From: Oscillospiraceae bacterium
Lineage (GTDB): Bacteria; Bacillota; Clostridia; Oscillospirales; CAG-272
DNA length: 64,000 bases
Assembly: GCA_015063305.1 (NCBI GenBank)
Contig: SVUJ01000007.1
Location: 15,375-79,374 of the forward strand
Direction of reading: 5' to 3'
Under the pieces are notes generated by a model. The model did no database searches, had not been told where the DNA came from, and saw nothing but the letters and a program-made list of their open reading frames with translations. Of this stretch, positions 53,155 through 63,089 are shown one piece after another. Both the position numbers and the translations under genes were made by a program. Position 1 is the first letter of the stretch, and each line of letters opens with the position of its first letter.

Positions 53155-54123
53155 ATGAGGATACTTAAGATAAACCGCAACGACGCGGGTCAAAGACTTG
53201 ATAAATTTCTGGGCAAGGCAGTAAAGGGTCTGCCTCAGTCGTTGATGTATAAGTATATAAGAACTAAAAAAATAAAGGTGAACAGACAGAGAACGGTGCA
53301 GAATTATTTTCTCTGTGATGGTGACGAGATACAGCTGTTTATACGCGACGAGTTTTTTGATTCGCCCGAGAAGGACGACAGCGCGCTCAGCCGTATCAAG
53401 CCGAAGCTCGATATCGTCTATGAGGATGAGAATATCATGCTTTTGAATAAGCGCCCCGGGGTGCTTGTTCACGAGGATTCGGACGCAAAGGAAAACACCC
53501 TTATAATGCACATAAAGGCATATCTTCTCGCCAAGGGGGAATATGACCCCGAGGCTGAAAATTCCTTTTCTCCCGCGCTCTGTAACCGTATCGACCGCAA
53601 CACGGGCGGAATAGTTATCGCCGCGAAGAACGCCGAGGCGCTCAGGCTGATGAATGAGAAGATAAAAAACAACAAGATAAGAAAGTTTTATCTCTGTTTA
53701 GTTCACGGAAAGCCTAAAAAGCAGAGCGACACTATGTACGCTTGGTTGAAAAAGGACAGCTCGGCGAACATGGTAGAGGTCAGGGATAAGAGCTTTTCGG
53801 GGGCTAAGGAGATAATAACGGCGTACCGTGTGCTTGAGAGCAGGGGGGCTGAGAGCCTTCTTGAGGTCGAGCTGATAACGGGTAGGACACACCAGATAAG
53901 AGCGCATATGGCGCATATAGGTCACCCGTTGCTTGGAGACGGAAAATACGGCATAAACCGAGAAGAAAAGCGCAAGGGATATAAATATCAGGCGCTCTAC
54001 GCCTACAGGCTGGAGTTTTTATCCGACGGAGAGGAAAATGCCCTTTCTTACCTCACGGGTAAAACATTCAAGCTTGATAGGGATAAAATATGGTTTTTGT
54101 CGGGAACGGAGAATAAAGAGTGA
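53155..54123 (+). CDS. RluA-family 23S rRNA pseudouridine synthase (S4 domain plus catalytic domain)
   Basis: S4-like N-terminus (RLDKFL), catalytic NRIDRNTGG motif, GRTHQIRAH. Confidence 0.9.
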   Translation: MRILKINRNDAGQRLDKFLGKAVKGLPQSLMYKYIRTKKIKVNRQRTVQNYFLCDGDEIQLFIRDEFFDSPEKDDSALSRIKPKLDIVYEDENIMLLNKRPGVLVHEDSDAKENTLIMHIKAYLLAKGEYDPEAENSFSPALCNRIDRNTGGIVIAAKNAEALRLMNEKIKNNKIRKFYLCLVHGKPKKQSDTMYAWLKKDSSANMVEVRDKSFSGAKEIITAYRVLESRGAESLLEVELITGRTHQIRAHMAHIGHPLLGDGKYGINREEKRKGYKYQALYAYRLEFLSDGEENALSYLTGKTFKLDRDKIWFLSGTENKE

Positions 54124-55727
54124 AGGTAGATATAAATTCGGAGAAGAGATCGGTCCGCAGAGCATATAGGTTTTCTTTACTTGCTATAGGAGCTATGATT
54201 ACGGGACTTACTCTGGTAATGCCCGAGATAGGTATTATAGAGTGGATAGGGCTCGTGCCTGCGGCTATAGCGCTTATAATGATCTGCCGAGATGAGAGTG
54301 TCAGACGCAGAGGGCTCTACGGATACGGATTTTTCTTCTTTATGTGCTTTTATTTAGTGAATTATCACTGGTTTATAAATCTGTATCCGCTTGATTTCAT
54401 TGACGGAATGACGAAGTCCGCCGCGCTTGCCGTAATAGCTGCGGGGTGGATAGGTCTTTCGGCTCTCCAATCTGTTGTGGGAGGACTTGTTTTCGTTCTG
54501 TTTGGAGAGCTTGTCAGAGGAAAGCTGGCGTGGAGATTTGAATTTCTCGGAGCGCTTTTGTTTGCGGCGCTGTGGGCGATATTCGAGTGGACGCAAACGC
54601 TTACTTGGGCGGGAGTTCCGTGGGCAAGACTTTCGATAGGTCAGACAGGCTGGCTTATAGGCGCGCAGAGCGCGTCGCTCTTTGGAGCTTGTTTTGTGAC
54701 CTTCCTTATAGTTGCCGTCAATTTCTTTATCGCGTACGCGATAATATCGCCGTCAAAGAAAAAGCTGTTGGCGCTTGTGGCGGCGGGAATATTTGTTATC
54801 AATACTGCGGTGGGCGCGCTGCTCTATTTTGGCTATTCCGATGGCGATGATACCGTTAAGATGGCGGCGGTCCAGGGCAATATTTCCTCTCAGGAAAAAT
54901 GGAATATTGAGCTTAGAGATAAGAATTTTGCGGTGTATGAGAAATATACCAAGGAAGCGGCAGCCGAGGGGGCGGATATAATCGTATGGCCCGAAACGGC
55001 TATGCCGTATGATATGCGGGTAGTGTCAAGGTATGCTTCAAGACTTGCCAAAGAAACGGGCACAACTATTTTGGTGGGTGCTTTTACCGAGAGCGAAGAG
55101 GGAGAGGACCTCAACTCTATGGTGGCTGTACTGCCCGACGGAAGCATACACGAAACGGTATATTCCAAGCGTCACCTTGTTCCGTTTGGAGAATACGTTC
55201 CGCTCAGAGGAGTTTTTGAGGTGCTTATTCCACCGCTTACCGAGATCGCTATGCTTGACAGCGACATTGCCGAGGGCGAGGGGGCACAGATAATAGAGCT
55301 TGATGCCGTTAAGATCGGCGCGCTTATCTGCTTTGACTCGATATATGACGAGCTTACAAGAGAATCGGTGCTGGAGGGAGCTAACGTGATAACTCTTTCG
55401 AGTAACGACTCGTGGTTTCTCGACTCGTCGGCGCTCTATATGCACAACGCTCAGGCCCAGCTCAGAGCGATAGAGAATCGCAGATACGTTGTCCGTGCGG
55501 CAAATACGGGAGTATCCTCTATTATATCCACAAGAGGAGAGATTCTGTGTTCTCAGGGGGCACTCACCGAGGGACAGATAAGCGCCGATATACATCTCAA
55601 TGAAAGCAAAACTTTGTTTACTTATATAGGTAACAGCTTCGTGTATCTCTGCATCGCGCTCGTGCTTGTATGGCTGATATACGAAAAAATAATTAACAAA
55701 TTTGTTGACACTGCAAAGAAAAAATGA
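54120..55727 (+). CDS. lnt: apolipoprotein N-acyltransferase
   Basis: Polytopic N-terminal domain plus CN-hydrolase domain with triad contexts IIVWPETA (E), KRHLVPFGEYVP (K), ALICFDSIY (C). GTG start overlaps the upstream stop. Confidence 0.85.
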   Translation: MKVDINSEKRSVRRAYRFSLLAIGAMITGLTLVMPEIGIIEWIGLVPAAIALIMICRDESVRRRGLYGYGFFFFMCFYLVNYHWFINLYPLDFIDGMTKSAALAVIAAGWIGLSALQSVVGGLVFVLFGELVRGKLAWRFEFLGALLFAALWAIFEWTQTLTWAGVPWARLSIGQTGWLIGAQSASLFGACFVTFLIVAVNFFIAYAIISPSKKKLLALVAAGIFVINTAVGALLYFGYSDGDDTVKMAAVQGNISSQEKWNIELRDKNFAVYEKYTKEAAAEGADIIVWPETAMPYDMRVVSRYASRLAKETGTTILVGAFTESEEGEDLNSMVAVLPDGSIHETVYSKRHLVPFGEYVPLRGVFEVLIPPLTEIAMLDSDIAEGEGAQIIELDAVKIGALICFDSIYDELTRESVLEGANVITLSSNDSWFLDSSALYMHNAQAQLRAIENRRYVVRAANTGVSSIISTRGEILCSQGALTEGQISADIHLNESKTLFTYIGNSFVYLCIALVLVWLIYEKIINKFVDTAKKK

Positions 55728-55770
55728 TATAATGTTATCGTATAAAATTTGTATATGGAGGACTACAATT

Positions 55771-56115
55771 ATGAAAAACACAATCAAAGTAATCGCGCTT
55801 ATCATGACAGCGGCTATCCTCTGTCTTGCTCTCGCATCCTGCGGAAAGACTCTTTCGGGAACATATTCCGCTGAGGTGGCAGGAACAGGCGTTGAGTTTG
55901 AATTCAAGGGCAAAAAGGTAGAGATGACCCTTAAGGTTCTTGGTATGTCCGGAGATCCTGTTGAGGGAACATATTCTATCGATGACGATAAGATCACCTT
56001 TGAGTTTGCATCTGACGATAAGGACGCAAAGAAGTACAACGGTACATTCGATTTTGAGGAGGGCGACGATTACATAAAGATCGGCACTTTCGGAAAGTTC
56101 ACAAAGAAGGCTTGA
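55771..56115 (+). CDS. small lipoprotein, unknown function
   Basis: ATG 55771 follows GGAGG. Lipobox LALASC. Confidence 0.7.
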   Translation: MKNTIKVIALIMTAAILCLALASCGKTLSGTYSAEVAGTGVEFEFKGKKVEMTLKVLGMSGDPVEGTYSIDDDKITFEFASDDKDAKKYNGTFDFEEGDDYIKIGTFGKFTKKA

Positions 56116-56134
56116 GTTTAAAGTTGATCTGAAT

Positions 56135-56164
56135 AAAACCGCAGACCGTTCGGTCTGCGGTTTT
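56135..56164 (+). terminator. rho-independent terminator
   Basis: AAAACCGCAGACC-GTTC-GGTCTGCGGTTTT. Confidence 0.85.
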
Positions 56165-56176
56165 AAATTTAAAGGC

Positions 56177-56205
56177 TTGAAAAAGGCGCAGCTTTTTGAT
56201 ATAAT
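56177..56205 (+). promoter_or_regulatory. promoter TTGAAA-17-TATAAT for azlCD
   Basis: Positions 56177-56182 and 56200-56205. Confidence 0.55.
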
Positions 56206-56236
56206 AGAGCTACTTTAGAGATTTTGAGGAAAAGAT

Positions 56237-56920
56237 ATGAAAAAAGTATTCAAACAAGCATTTTTGGCGACCGTTCCCGTAATGACGGGATATCTTGTGC
56301 TTGGGTTTGGATTTGGAATAGTTTTAAAATCAAACGGATACGGAATATTGTTGGCGTTTCTGATGAGCCTTCTTATATATGCAGGCTCTATGCAATACGT
56401 GGCTATCGGACTTCTGAGCGGAGGCGCGTCATTGATCACCACGGCGCTCACCACGCTTATGGTGAATGCAAGACATCTTTTTTACGGAGTGTCGATGCTC
56501 GACAAATTCAAGGGGACGGGGAAGAGAAAGCCGTATCTGATATTTGCGCTTACCGATGAAACATACTCCTTGGAGTGCGCCGAGCTGCCGAATGTTGCAG
56601 AAGAGAACAGAAGCGATTATTATTTTTTGGTGTCGGTGCTTGACCACATCTATTGGATAACAGGCTCTGTTTTGGGCGCGTTTGCGGGTTCGGTACTGAA
56701 ATTCAACACCGAGGGAATAGACTTTGCGCTTACGGCTCTCTTTATAACGGTGTTTGTAGAACAATGGCTTTCAAGCAAAGACCATATTCCCGCGCTTGTC
56801 GGCGTTGCGGCATCGGTGCTCTGCCTTGTGATATTTGGCGCTGAGAGCTTTTTGATACCCGCGATGCTCGTGATAGCTCTTATATTGTGTTTGTATAAGG
56901 GGGAAAAGAAAAATGCCTGA
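56237..56920 (+). CDS. azlC: AzlC family branched-chain amino acid exporter subunit
   Basis: 227 aa membrane protein with the pattern GSMQYVAIGLL...NARHLFYG. Paired with an azlD-like gene. Confidence 0.85.
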   Translation: MKKVFKQAFLATVPVMTGYLVLGFGFGIVLKSNGYGILLAFLMSLLIYAGSMQYVAIGLLSGGASLITTALTTLMVNARHLFYGVSMLDKFKGTGKRKPYLIFALTDETYSLECAELPNVAEENRSDYYFLVSVLDHIYWITGSVLGAFAGSVLKFNTEGIDFALTALFITVFVEQWLSSKDHIPALVGVAASVLCLVIFGAESFLIPAMLVIALILCLYKGEKKNA

Positions 56921-57239
56921 TACATACGTTTGGCTCACAGTCGCAGTTATAGCCTTGATAACGGCGGCACTTCGATTTCTGCCTTTTATGATATTCAAAT
57001 CCGACAGCAAGACCCCAAAGATAATACAAAAGCTCAGCGCGGTCCTTCCTTACGCTATAATGGGAATGCTCGTGGTGTATTGCTTGAAGGATATCAATAT
57101 CAATAGCCTATCGGGATTTCTCCCCGCACTGATATCAAGTGCGGTGGTCGCAGGGCTTCATATCTGGAGAAGAAATACCCTTCTTAGCATAGTTTCGGGG
57201 ACTGTTTGCTATATGCTGATGGTTCAATTCATCTTCTAA
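56913..57239 (+). CDS. azlD: AzlD family branched-chain amino acid transport protein
   Basis: 108 aa with 4 TM helices. Overlaps azlC by 8 nt. Confidence 0.8.
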   Translation: MPDTYVWLTVAVIALITAALRFLPFMIFKSDSKTPKIIQKLSAVLPYAIMGMLVVYCLKDININSLSGFLPALISSAVVAGLHIWRRNTLLSIVSGTVCYMLMVQFIF

Positions 57240-57248
57240 TACAAAAAC

Positions 57249-57281
57249 ACCGCAGACCTTTTAAGGGTCTGCGGTATTTTT
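57249..57281. terminator. bidirectional terminator (azlD / tyrS)
   Basis: ACCGCAGACC-loop-GGTCTGCGGT followed by ATTTTT. Confidence 0.85.
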
Positions 57282-57286
57282 ATAAA

Positions 57287-58510
57287 TTATTTAGCTATTA
57301 TCTTCTTGAAGCTCTTCTTTCCTCTGCGGAAGGTCTTTCCACCATCTGCAAGGTCAGCCTTGGTGAAGGTCATCTTAAAGTCGGTGACCTTATCGCCCTC
57401 AACCGAAACGCCGCCCTGCTCGATAGCGCGTCTTGCCTCGGATTTTGAGGGAACAAGTCCTGACTTGACAAGCAGTGAGCCGATGTCTATCACGCCGTCA
57501 GTAAAATCTGCGTCGGAGAGCTCAACTGTGGGGATAGCCGCATCGCTTCCCGCACCGAAGAGTGCCTTTGCGGACGCTTCTGCCTTCTTAGCCTCTTCCT
57601 CACCGTGAACGAGGGAGGTAAGCTCGAACGCGAGTATCTCCTTAGCGCGGTTAAGCTGAGAGCCTTCCCAGGACTCCATAGCGTCTATCTCTTCGAGAGG
57701 AAGGAATGTGAGCATTCTGATACACTTGAGAACGTCGGAATCGGCAACGTTTCTCCAATACTGATAGAAGTCGTAGGGAGTGGTCTTTTCGGGGTCAAGC
57801 CATACAGCGCCCGACTGTGTCTTTCCCATCTTCTTTCCTTCGGAATTGAGAAGGAGATTTATAGTCATAGCGTAAGCGTCTTTTCCGAGCTTACGGCGAA
57901 TGAGTTCTGTTCCGCCGAGCATATTCGACCACTGGTCGTCACCGCCGAACTGCATATTACAGCCAAGGGTCTGATACAGGTGATAGAAGTCGTAGGACTG
58001 CATTATCATATAGTTGAATTCGAGGAAGGAAAGACCCTTTTCCATTCTCTGCTTGTAGCACTCAGCGCTGAGCATTCTGTTAACCGAGAAGCAAGCTCCT
58101 ACGTCACGGAGAACTTCAACGTAGTTGAGGTCAAGAAGCCAGTCGGCATTGTTTACCATAATAGCCTTGCCCTCGGAGAAATCTATAAATCTGCTCATCT
58201 GCTTCTTGAAGCAAGCGCAGTTATGCTCAATAGTCTCCTTGGTCATCATCTGGCGCATATCGGTTCTTCCCGAGGGGTCGCCGACCATAGCCGTTCCTCC
58301 GCCTATAAGGGCAACGGGCTTGTTGCCCGCCATCTGCAAACGCTTCATAAGGCAGAGCGCCATAAAGTGTCCAACGTGCAAGCTGTCAGCAGTTGGGTCA
58401 AAGCCTATATAGAAAACAGCTTTACCGTTGTTCACCATTTCCTTTATTTCTTCTTCATCGGTCACCTGAGCTATAAGGCCTCTGGCAACGAGTTCATCAT
58501 AGATAGTCAT
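57287..58510 (-). CDS. tyrS: tyrosine--tRNA ligase
   Basis: [11 protein letters not shown] (HIGH), KMGKT (KMSKS), C-terminal S4-like domain. Confidence 0.95.
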   Translation of the reverse strand: MTIYDELVARGLIAQVTDEEEIKEMVNNGKAVFYIGFDPTADSLHVGHFMALCLMKRLQMAGNKPVALIGGGTAMVGDPSGRTDMRQMMTKETIEHNCACFKKQMSRFIDFSEGKAIMVNNADWLLDLNYVEVLRDVGACFSVNRMLSAECYKQRMEKGLSFLEFNYMIMQSYDFYHLYQTLGCNMQFGGDDQWSNMLGGTELIRRKLGKDAYAMTINLLLNSEGKKMGKTQSGAVWLDPEKTTPYDFYQYWRNVADSDVLKCIRMLTFLPLEEIDAMESWEGSQLNRAKEILAFELTSLVHGEEEAKKAEASAKALFGAGSDAAIPTVELSDADFTDGVIDIGSLLVKSGLVPSKSEARRAIEQGGVSVEGDKVTDFKMTFTKADLADGGKTFRRGKKSFKKIIAK

Positions 58511-58558
58511 TTTTCTAAACCTTCCTTAGATATAATAATAAATTATATAATATTTTAC

Positions 58559-59437
58559 TTATTTTGTCAAGCCCGATATAGCCCTAAAAAGCTCATCTGA
58601 AAGGGCGGTGAACTGCGCGGTGTCAAGACGTTCTCCGCGTATGTCTGCGGGGAGAGCGCATTTTTCGGTGATTATAGCCGTTATCTCGTCCTTGCTAAGC
58701 TCGGTAAAGACCGCCGAAAGCGCGTTCGGCAGAGTCTTTCTTCTTTGCTCGAATGCCGCGCGTATCGTTCTGAAAAAGGTCGCCTCGTCAAGCGGACGGT
58801 AGGGCTTTTCCTTGTGGAGCTTTATTCTTATAACGGTGGAGTCTACCTTTGGCTCGGGCACGAATCTGTCGGATTTTACCACAAAGAGCTTTTCGGCAGT
58901 ACCGTAATAATTGAGCACCGCGGTTATCGCGCCGTACGCCTTGTTTCCCGCGTTGGCGCAAAGCCTGTCCGCCACCTCGGACTGTATCATAATGGTGATG
59001 TAGTCAAAGGGAAGCCCCGATTCGAGAAGCATCATCATAATGGGGGTGGTTATATAGTAGGGCAGATTTGCACACACCGAAACACGACCCTCGGCAAATG
59101 AGTCGGAGAGAAGGGCGCTCAGGTCGGTCTTCATAATATCTCCGTTCACCACCGACACGTTCTTGAACTCGTCAAGCGTGTATTTGAGCAGGGGAATAAG
59201 ACCGTTGTCTATCTCCACGGCGATAACGTTTTTATATCGAAGCGCCAGCTCCTTGGTAAGAGAGCCCGCGCCCGGGCCTATCTCAAGGATAGTGCTCTCG
59301 GCATCGTCACAGCAGGAGTCGGCAATATCCTCGACCACCATATTGTCGGTGAGGAAGTTCTGGCCGAATTCCTTTCTGAAATTGAGAGAAAACATCGCCA
59401 TAAGCTGACGTATGGTCTTTATATCACATAAATTCAT
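58559..59437 (-). CDS. rsmA: 16S rRNA (adenine1518/1519-N6)-dimethyltransferase
   Basis: GQNFL, SAM site ILEIGPGAGSLT, NLPYYITTP. Confidence 0.93.
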   Translation of the reverse strand: MNLCDIKTIRQLMAMFSLNFRKEFGQNFLTDNMVVEDIADSCCDDAESTILEIGPGAGSLTKELALRYKNVIAVEIDNGLIPLLKYTLDEFKNVSVVNGDIMKTDLSALLSDSFAEGRVSVCANLPYYITTPIMMMLLESGLPFDYITIMIQSEVADRLCANAGNKAYGAITAVLNYYGTAEKLFVVKSDRFVPEPKVDSTVIRIKLHKEKPYRPLDEATFFRTIRAAFEQRRKTLPNALSAVFTELSKDEITAIITEKCALPADIRGERLDTAQFTALSDELFRAISGLTK

Positions 59438-59554
59438 AGTTTTTCCTCTTTATAATAAGCATATAGTAGATTGTACCACAGAAATCGGAAAAAATCAACA
59501 CCTGTAAGACAATATAAAAACATAAAGAAAGACCCCCAATAGCCTCGGGGATCT

Positions 59555-59630
59555 TGGAGCTGGTGATGTGACTCGAACACACGACCTGCTGATTACGAAT
59601 CAGCTGCACTACCGACTGTGCTACACCAGC
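59555..59630 (-). tRNA. tRNA-Thr (anticodon CGT), CCA encoded
   Basis: Manual fold of the reverse complement: acceptor GCTGGTG/CACCAGC, anticodon stem GCTGA/TCAGC with loop TTCGTAA, T-loop TTCGAGT. Confidence 0.9.
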
Positions 59631-59779
59631 ATTTTATGGACAACGTTAATATTATACTTTAAATTACTATCTTTGTCAATAGATTTTTTAAAAAAGTGAA
59701 AAGGCTATTTTAAAATGAGAGGTTTTATGTTATAATTATTAGAGTATAAATATTTTGCCTACTAACGGAGGATATCCAG

Positions 59780-61675
59780 GTGACAAATATGAGTGAAAAT
59801 AATTACATATATCTTGATAAAATAAACTCACCCGAAGACCTTCGGGCACTTCCAAAGTCGGCTATGTCGACACTTGCCGAGGAGATAAGGCGGGAGCTGA
59901 TACTCAGAGTTTCCGAAAATGGCGGACACCTTGCCTCAAACCTCGGCGCGGTGGAGATGTCTATTGCAATACACCGCGTTTTCAACTCTCCGCACGACCA
60001 TATTATCTTTGACGTTGGACACCAGAGCTACGTTCATAAGATGCTCACAGGCCGTCTTGATAAAATGGACACATTAAGACAGGCGGGAGGGATCAGCGGC
60101 TTTACCAACAGAGCCGAGAGTGAGCACGATTGCTTTGGCGCGGGGCACAGCTCCACGTCCTTGTCCGCGGCGCTTGGCTTTGCTATTTCGGATAAGCTTT
60201 GCAGCTCTGACGCATATACCGTTGCCGTGGTGGGCGATGGGGCGTATACGGGCGGAATGATACACGAAGCGCTTAATAACTGTCGAAAGGATATAAGACT
60301 TATAATAATCCTTAACGAGAACGAGATGTCTATCTCCAAAAATATCGGAAGATTTGCGCTCAATCTCGCAAGGATAAGAACCAAGTCGGGATATTTTAAG
60401 ACCAAAAAAGCTACGGGGCAATTTCTCAAGCATATTCCGCTTATCGGTAAATGGCTTTTCAGGCTACTGCTTGGCATAAAGAAAATGATAAAGAATACCC
60501 TTTACGGCTCGAATTATTTTGAGAGTATGGGACTTACCTATCTCGGCCCTATCGACGGAAACGATTACGACGAAATGGAAAGCTTGCTCAGAGAAGCGGT
60601 TAAGCTTAACGAAAGCGTGGTGCTTCACATAAAGACCACCAAGGGAAAGGGATATCAGCCTGCCGAAACCGCGCCCGACAGATATCACGGAATGTCCCCC
60701 GCGGCGGCGCAGAAAGCCGACAAGCCTAATTTTTCACACGTGATGGGAAATAAGCTTGCGGAAATGGCAAGAGAGGATTCGCGCGTATGCGCTATCACCG
60801 CCGCTATGTGCGACGGTACAGGACTTGAAAAATTCAAGGAGAATTTTCACGATAGATTTTTTGATGTGGGAATTGCAGAGGAGCACGCCGTCACCTTTGC
60901 GTCAGCGCTTTCGGCTAACAAAATGAAGCCCTATTTTGCGGTATATTCCTCATTCCTACAGAGGGCGTATGACAACATAATTCACGATGCAGCCTTGCAG
61001 TCGCTCCCCATAAAGCTCTGTATAGACAGAGCGGGGCTTAACGAATCTGACGGAGCAACACATCACGGAATATTTGACGTAGCCTTTCTGTCACAAATAC
61101 CGAGAATGACTATATTTACCCCGATAACCGACCGCACGCTTGAGCGCGCGCTCGAGGAAGCGGACAAGCTTGATAATCCTTGCGCTATAAGATATCCGAA
61201 CGCCGTAGAGGATAGCGCGGTCATCTCCGAATTTTATTCCGAGAATACAGATCTGCCTTTGGGAGCAGTTAAAAACTACAGCGACACGGATAAGCCTGAT
61301 GCTGTCATAGTGACCTATGGAAACATAGTCAAAGAGGCGCTAAGCGCACGTGAGGCTTTGGCGGCACAGGGCGTTTCTGTTGGTATTATTCTGCTTGAGA
61401 TGCTCAAACCGTATGATAGGACGGCAGAGCTTATTGAGAATATGCTCCCCGCGGGAGAGTGTACGGTCTTGTTCCTTGAGGAGGGGATAAAGAACGGCGG
61501 CGCGGGAATGATACTTGCCGACACAATGAAGGACAGAGCCGTTATGAGAAACAAGCGTGTGAAGATGATCGCCATAGACGACAGCTTTGTAGATAAGAGA
61601 GCAGTCGGGGAGAGGATATATGATTCGGCGCATATCGGAGAAAAAGATATAATAGATGCAATTACAAAATTATAA
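59780..61675 (+). CDS. dxs: 1-deoxy-D-xylulose-5-phosphate synthase
   Basis: GGHLASNLG and GDGAYTGGM (TPP binding). 631 aa. GTG 59780 lies 8 nt after GGAGG (alternative ATG at 59789). Confidence 0.93.
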   Translation: MTNMSENNYIYLDKINSPEDLRALPKSAMSTLAEEIRRELILRVSENGGHLASNLGAVEMSIAIHRVFNSPHDHIIFDVGHQSYVHKMLTGRLDKMDTLRQAGGISGFTNRAESEHDCFGAGHSSTSLSAALGFAISDKLCSSDAYTVAVVGDGAYTGGMIHEALNNCRKDIRLIIILNENEMSISKNIGRFALNLARIRTKSGYFKTKKATGQFLKHIPLIGKWLFRLLLGIKKMIKNTLYGSNYFESMGLTYLGPIDGNDYDEMESLLREAVKLNESVVLHIKTTKGKGYQPAETAPDRYHGMSPAAAQKADKPNFSHVMGNKLAEMAREDSRVCAITAAMCDGTGLEKFKENFHDRFFDVGIAEEHAVTFASALSANKMKPYFAVYSSFLQRAYDNIIHDAALQSLPIKLCIDRAGLNESDGATHHGIFDVAFLSQIPRMTIFTPITDRTLERALEEADKLDNPCAIRYPNAVEDSAVISEFYSENTDLPLGAVKNYSDTDKPDAVIVTYGNIVKEALSAREALAAQGVSVGIILLEMLKPYDRTAELIENMLPAGECTVLFLEEGIKNGGAGMILADTMKDRAVMRNKRVKMIAIDDSFVDKRAVGERIYDSAHIGEKDIIDAITKL

Positions 61676-61772
61676 AACAAAAGCTGACTTGTTGATCTCA
61701 AGTCAGCTTTTCTCATAAAATTTACCATTTAGGATATACTAAAAATATCTTTTTGGGTTATTCGGAGGGCTT

Positions 61773-62873
61773 ATGAAAAGGGTGATGGTAGTGTTTGGTA
61801 CGCGTCCCGAGGCGATAAAAATGTGTCCGCTTGTGAATGAATTAAAGAGCAGAGAGGGGATAAGGACTTTCGTGTGCGTAACTGGACAGCACACCGATAT
61901 GCTGTCGGGCGTATTGGATGCCTTTGACGTGGTAGCCGACTATAATCTATCGGTGATGCGGCAAGGGCAGGGGCTATCTGAGCTCAGCCGCGCTATGCTC
62001 GAAGGCTTGGATAAGATATTTAGAGAGGTAAACCCCGATATCGTTCTCGTTCACGGCGACACATCGACAGCCTTTTGCGCCGCGCTTGCCGCGTTTTATC
62101 TGAAAATACCCGTGGGGCACGTTGAGGCTGGGCTGAGGACCTATGATATATACAGTCCGTACCCCGAGGAATTCAATCGCAGGGCGATATCTATCATCGC
62201 GCGATACAATTTCGCGCCCACCGAACACGCAAAGAAAAACCTTGTGCGCGAGGGGGTGGCTGATCGGAGCATTTACATCACGGGAAACACCGTCATAGAT
62301 GCCTTGTCAACAAGTGTTAAGAGCGATTATCGTCATACCGAATTGGAGTGGGCGCAGGGGAGCAGACTTATACTTATAACGGCGCACAGACGTGAAAACA
62401 TCGGTGCGCCAATGAGAAATATCTTCAAGGCTCTGCGTAGAGTGATAGAGGATAGCGAGGACGTAAAAGCCATATACCCCATTCACAAAAATCCCGAGGT
62501 AAGACGGATAGCATACGAAGAATTTTCGGGCTGTGAAAGACTGCACCTTATAGAGCCGCTCGAAATGCTCGATTTTCATAATTTTATGGCGAGAAGCTAT
62601 ATGCTCCTTACCGACTCGGGGGGGATACAGGAGGAAGCGATAGCGCTCGGAAAGCCTGTACTAATAATGAGAAACACCACCGAAAGACCCGAGGGGATCG
62701 AGACAGGCGGCGCGGTGCTTACGGGGACGACAGAGCAGGGGATATACGATAATTTCACAAGGCTTCTCAAAGACCGTTCGCTTTATGAGAGTATGTGTGA
62801 CAAGAAGAACCCCTACGGAGATGGGAAAGCCTCGCAAAGGATAGCGGATATTATTTTGAGGAAATCATATTAA
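61773..62873 (+). CDS. wecB: UDP-N-acetylglucosamine 2-epimerase (non-hydrolysing)
   Basis: VFGTRPEAIKMCPL, HVEAGLRT, TDSGGIQEEA. Confidence 0.92.
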   Translation: MKRVMVVFGTRPEAIKMCPLVNELKSREGIRTFVCVTGQHTDMLSGVLDAFDVVADYNLSVMRQGQGLSELSRAMLEGLDKIFREVNPDIVLVHGDTSTAFCAALAAFYLKIPVGHVEAGLRTYDIYSPYPEEFNRRAISIIARYNFAPTEHAKKNLVREGVADRSIYITGNTVIDALSTSVKSDYRHTELEWAQGSRLILITAHRRENIGAPMRNIFKALRRVIEDSEDVKAIYPIHKNPEVRRIAYEEFSGCERLHLIEPLEMLDFHNFMARSYMLLTDSGGIQEEAIALGKPVLIMRNTTERPEGIETGGAVLTGTTEQGIYDNFTRLLKDRSLYESMCDKKNPYGDGKASQRIADIILRKSY

Positions 62874-62880
62874 TAACACA

Positions 62881-62918
62881 GCCCACTCGGTAAAAAACGA
62901 GTGGGCAGATGATTTTTG
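62881..62918 (+). terminator. terminator after wecB
   Basis: GCCCACTCG-loop-CGAGTGGGC followed by AGATGATTTTT. Confidence 0.7.
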
Positions 62919-62945
62919 CTCAAGAAATCTTTGCCTACGGCTTCA

Positions 62946-63048
62946 GATGAAATCAAATCCGCCTTTTTGACCCCGCGTTAGCGAGATTTAATCGCGTAGC
63001 GATTTCATCCACCATAGGTGGATTTATTCCGCAGAAGGCGGATTTAAT
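62946..63048 (-). repeat. second mini-hairpin array of the hairpin-RTNAAAT type, read on the minus strand
   Basis: Plus-strand GATTTNAT at 62985, 63001, 63021, 63041 (16/20/20 nt apart). Stems CCACC/GGTGG and CCGC/GCGG. Confidence 0.7.
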
Positions 63049-63055
63049 TGAAAAA

Positions 63056-63088
63056 GACTCAGGATTGACAACAATCCTGAGTCTTTTT
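63056..63088 (-). terminator. terminator after tRNA-Glu
   Basis: GACTCAGGATTG-loop-CAATCCTGAGTC with a T-run on the minus strand. Confidence 0.8.
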
Positions 63089-63089
63089 C

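Noticed and set aside
55038-56039. 333-aa minus-strand ORF
   Set aside because: It is antisense to lnt and the following lipoprotein gene, both of which have clear motifs. No motifs or RBS were found.
58511-58558. Expected T-box leader upstream of tyrS (also checked for gltX/glnS)
   Set aside because: Only 48 bp separate tyrS from rsmA, and 23 bp separate gltX from the MBL hydrolase gene. There is no room for a T-box, so these genes are apparently read from upstream promoters.
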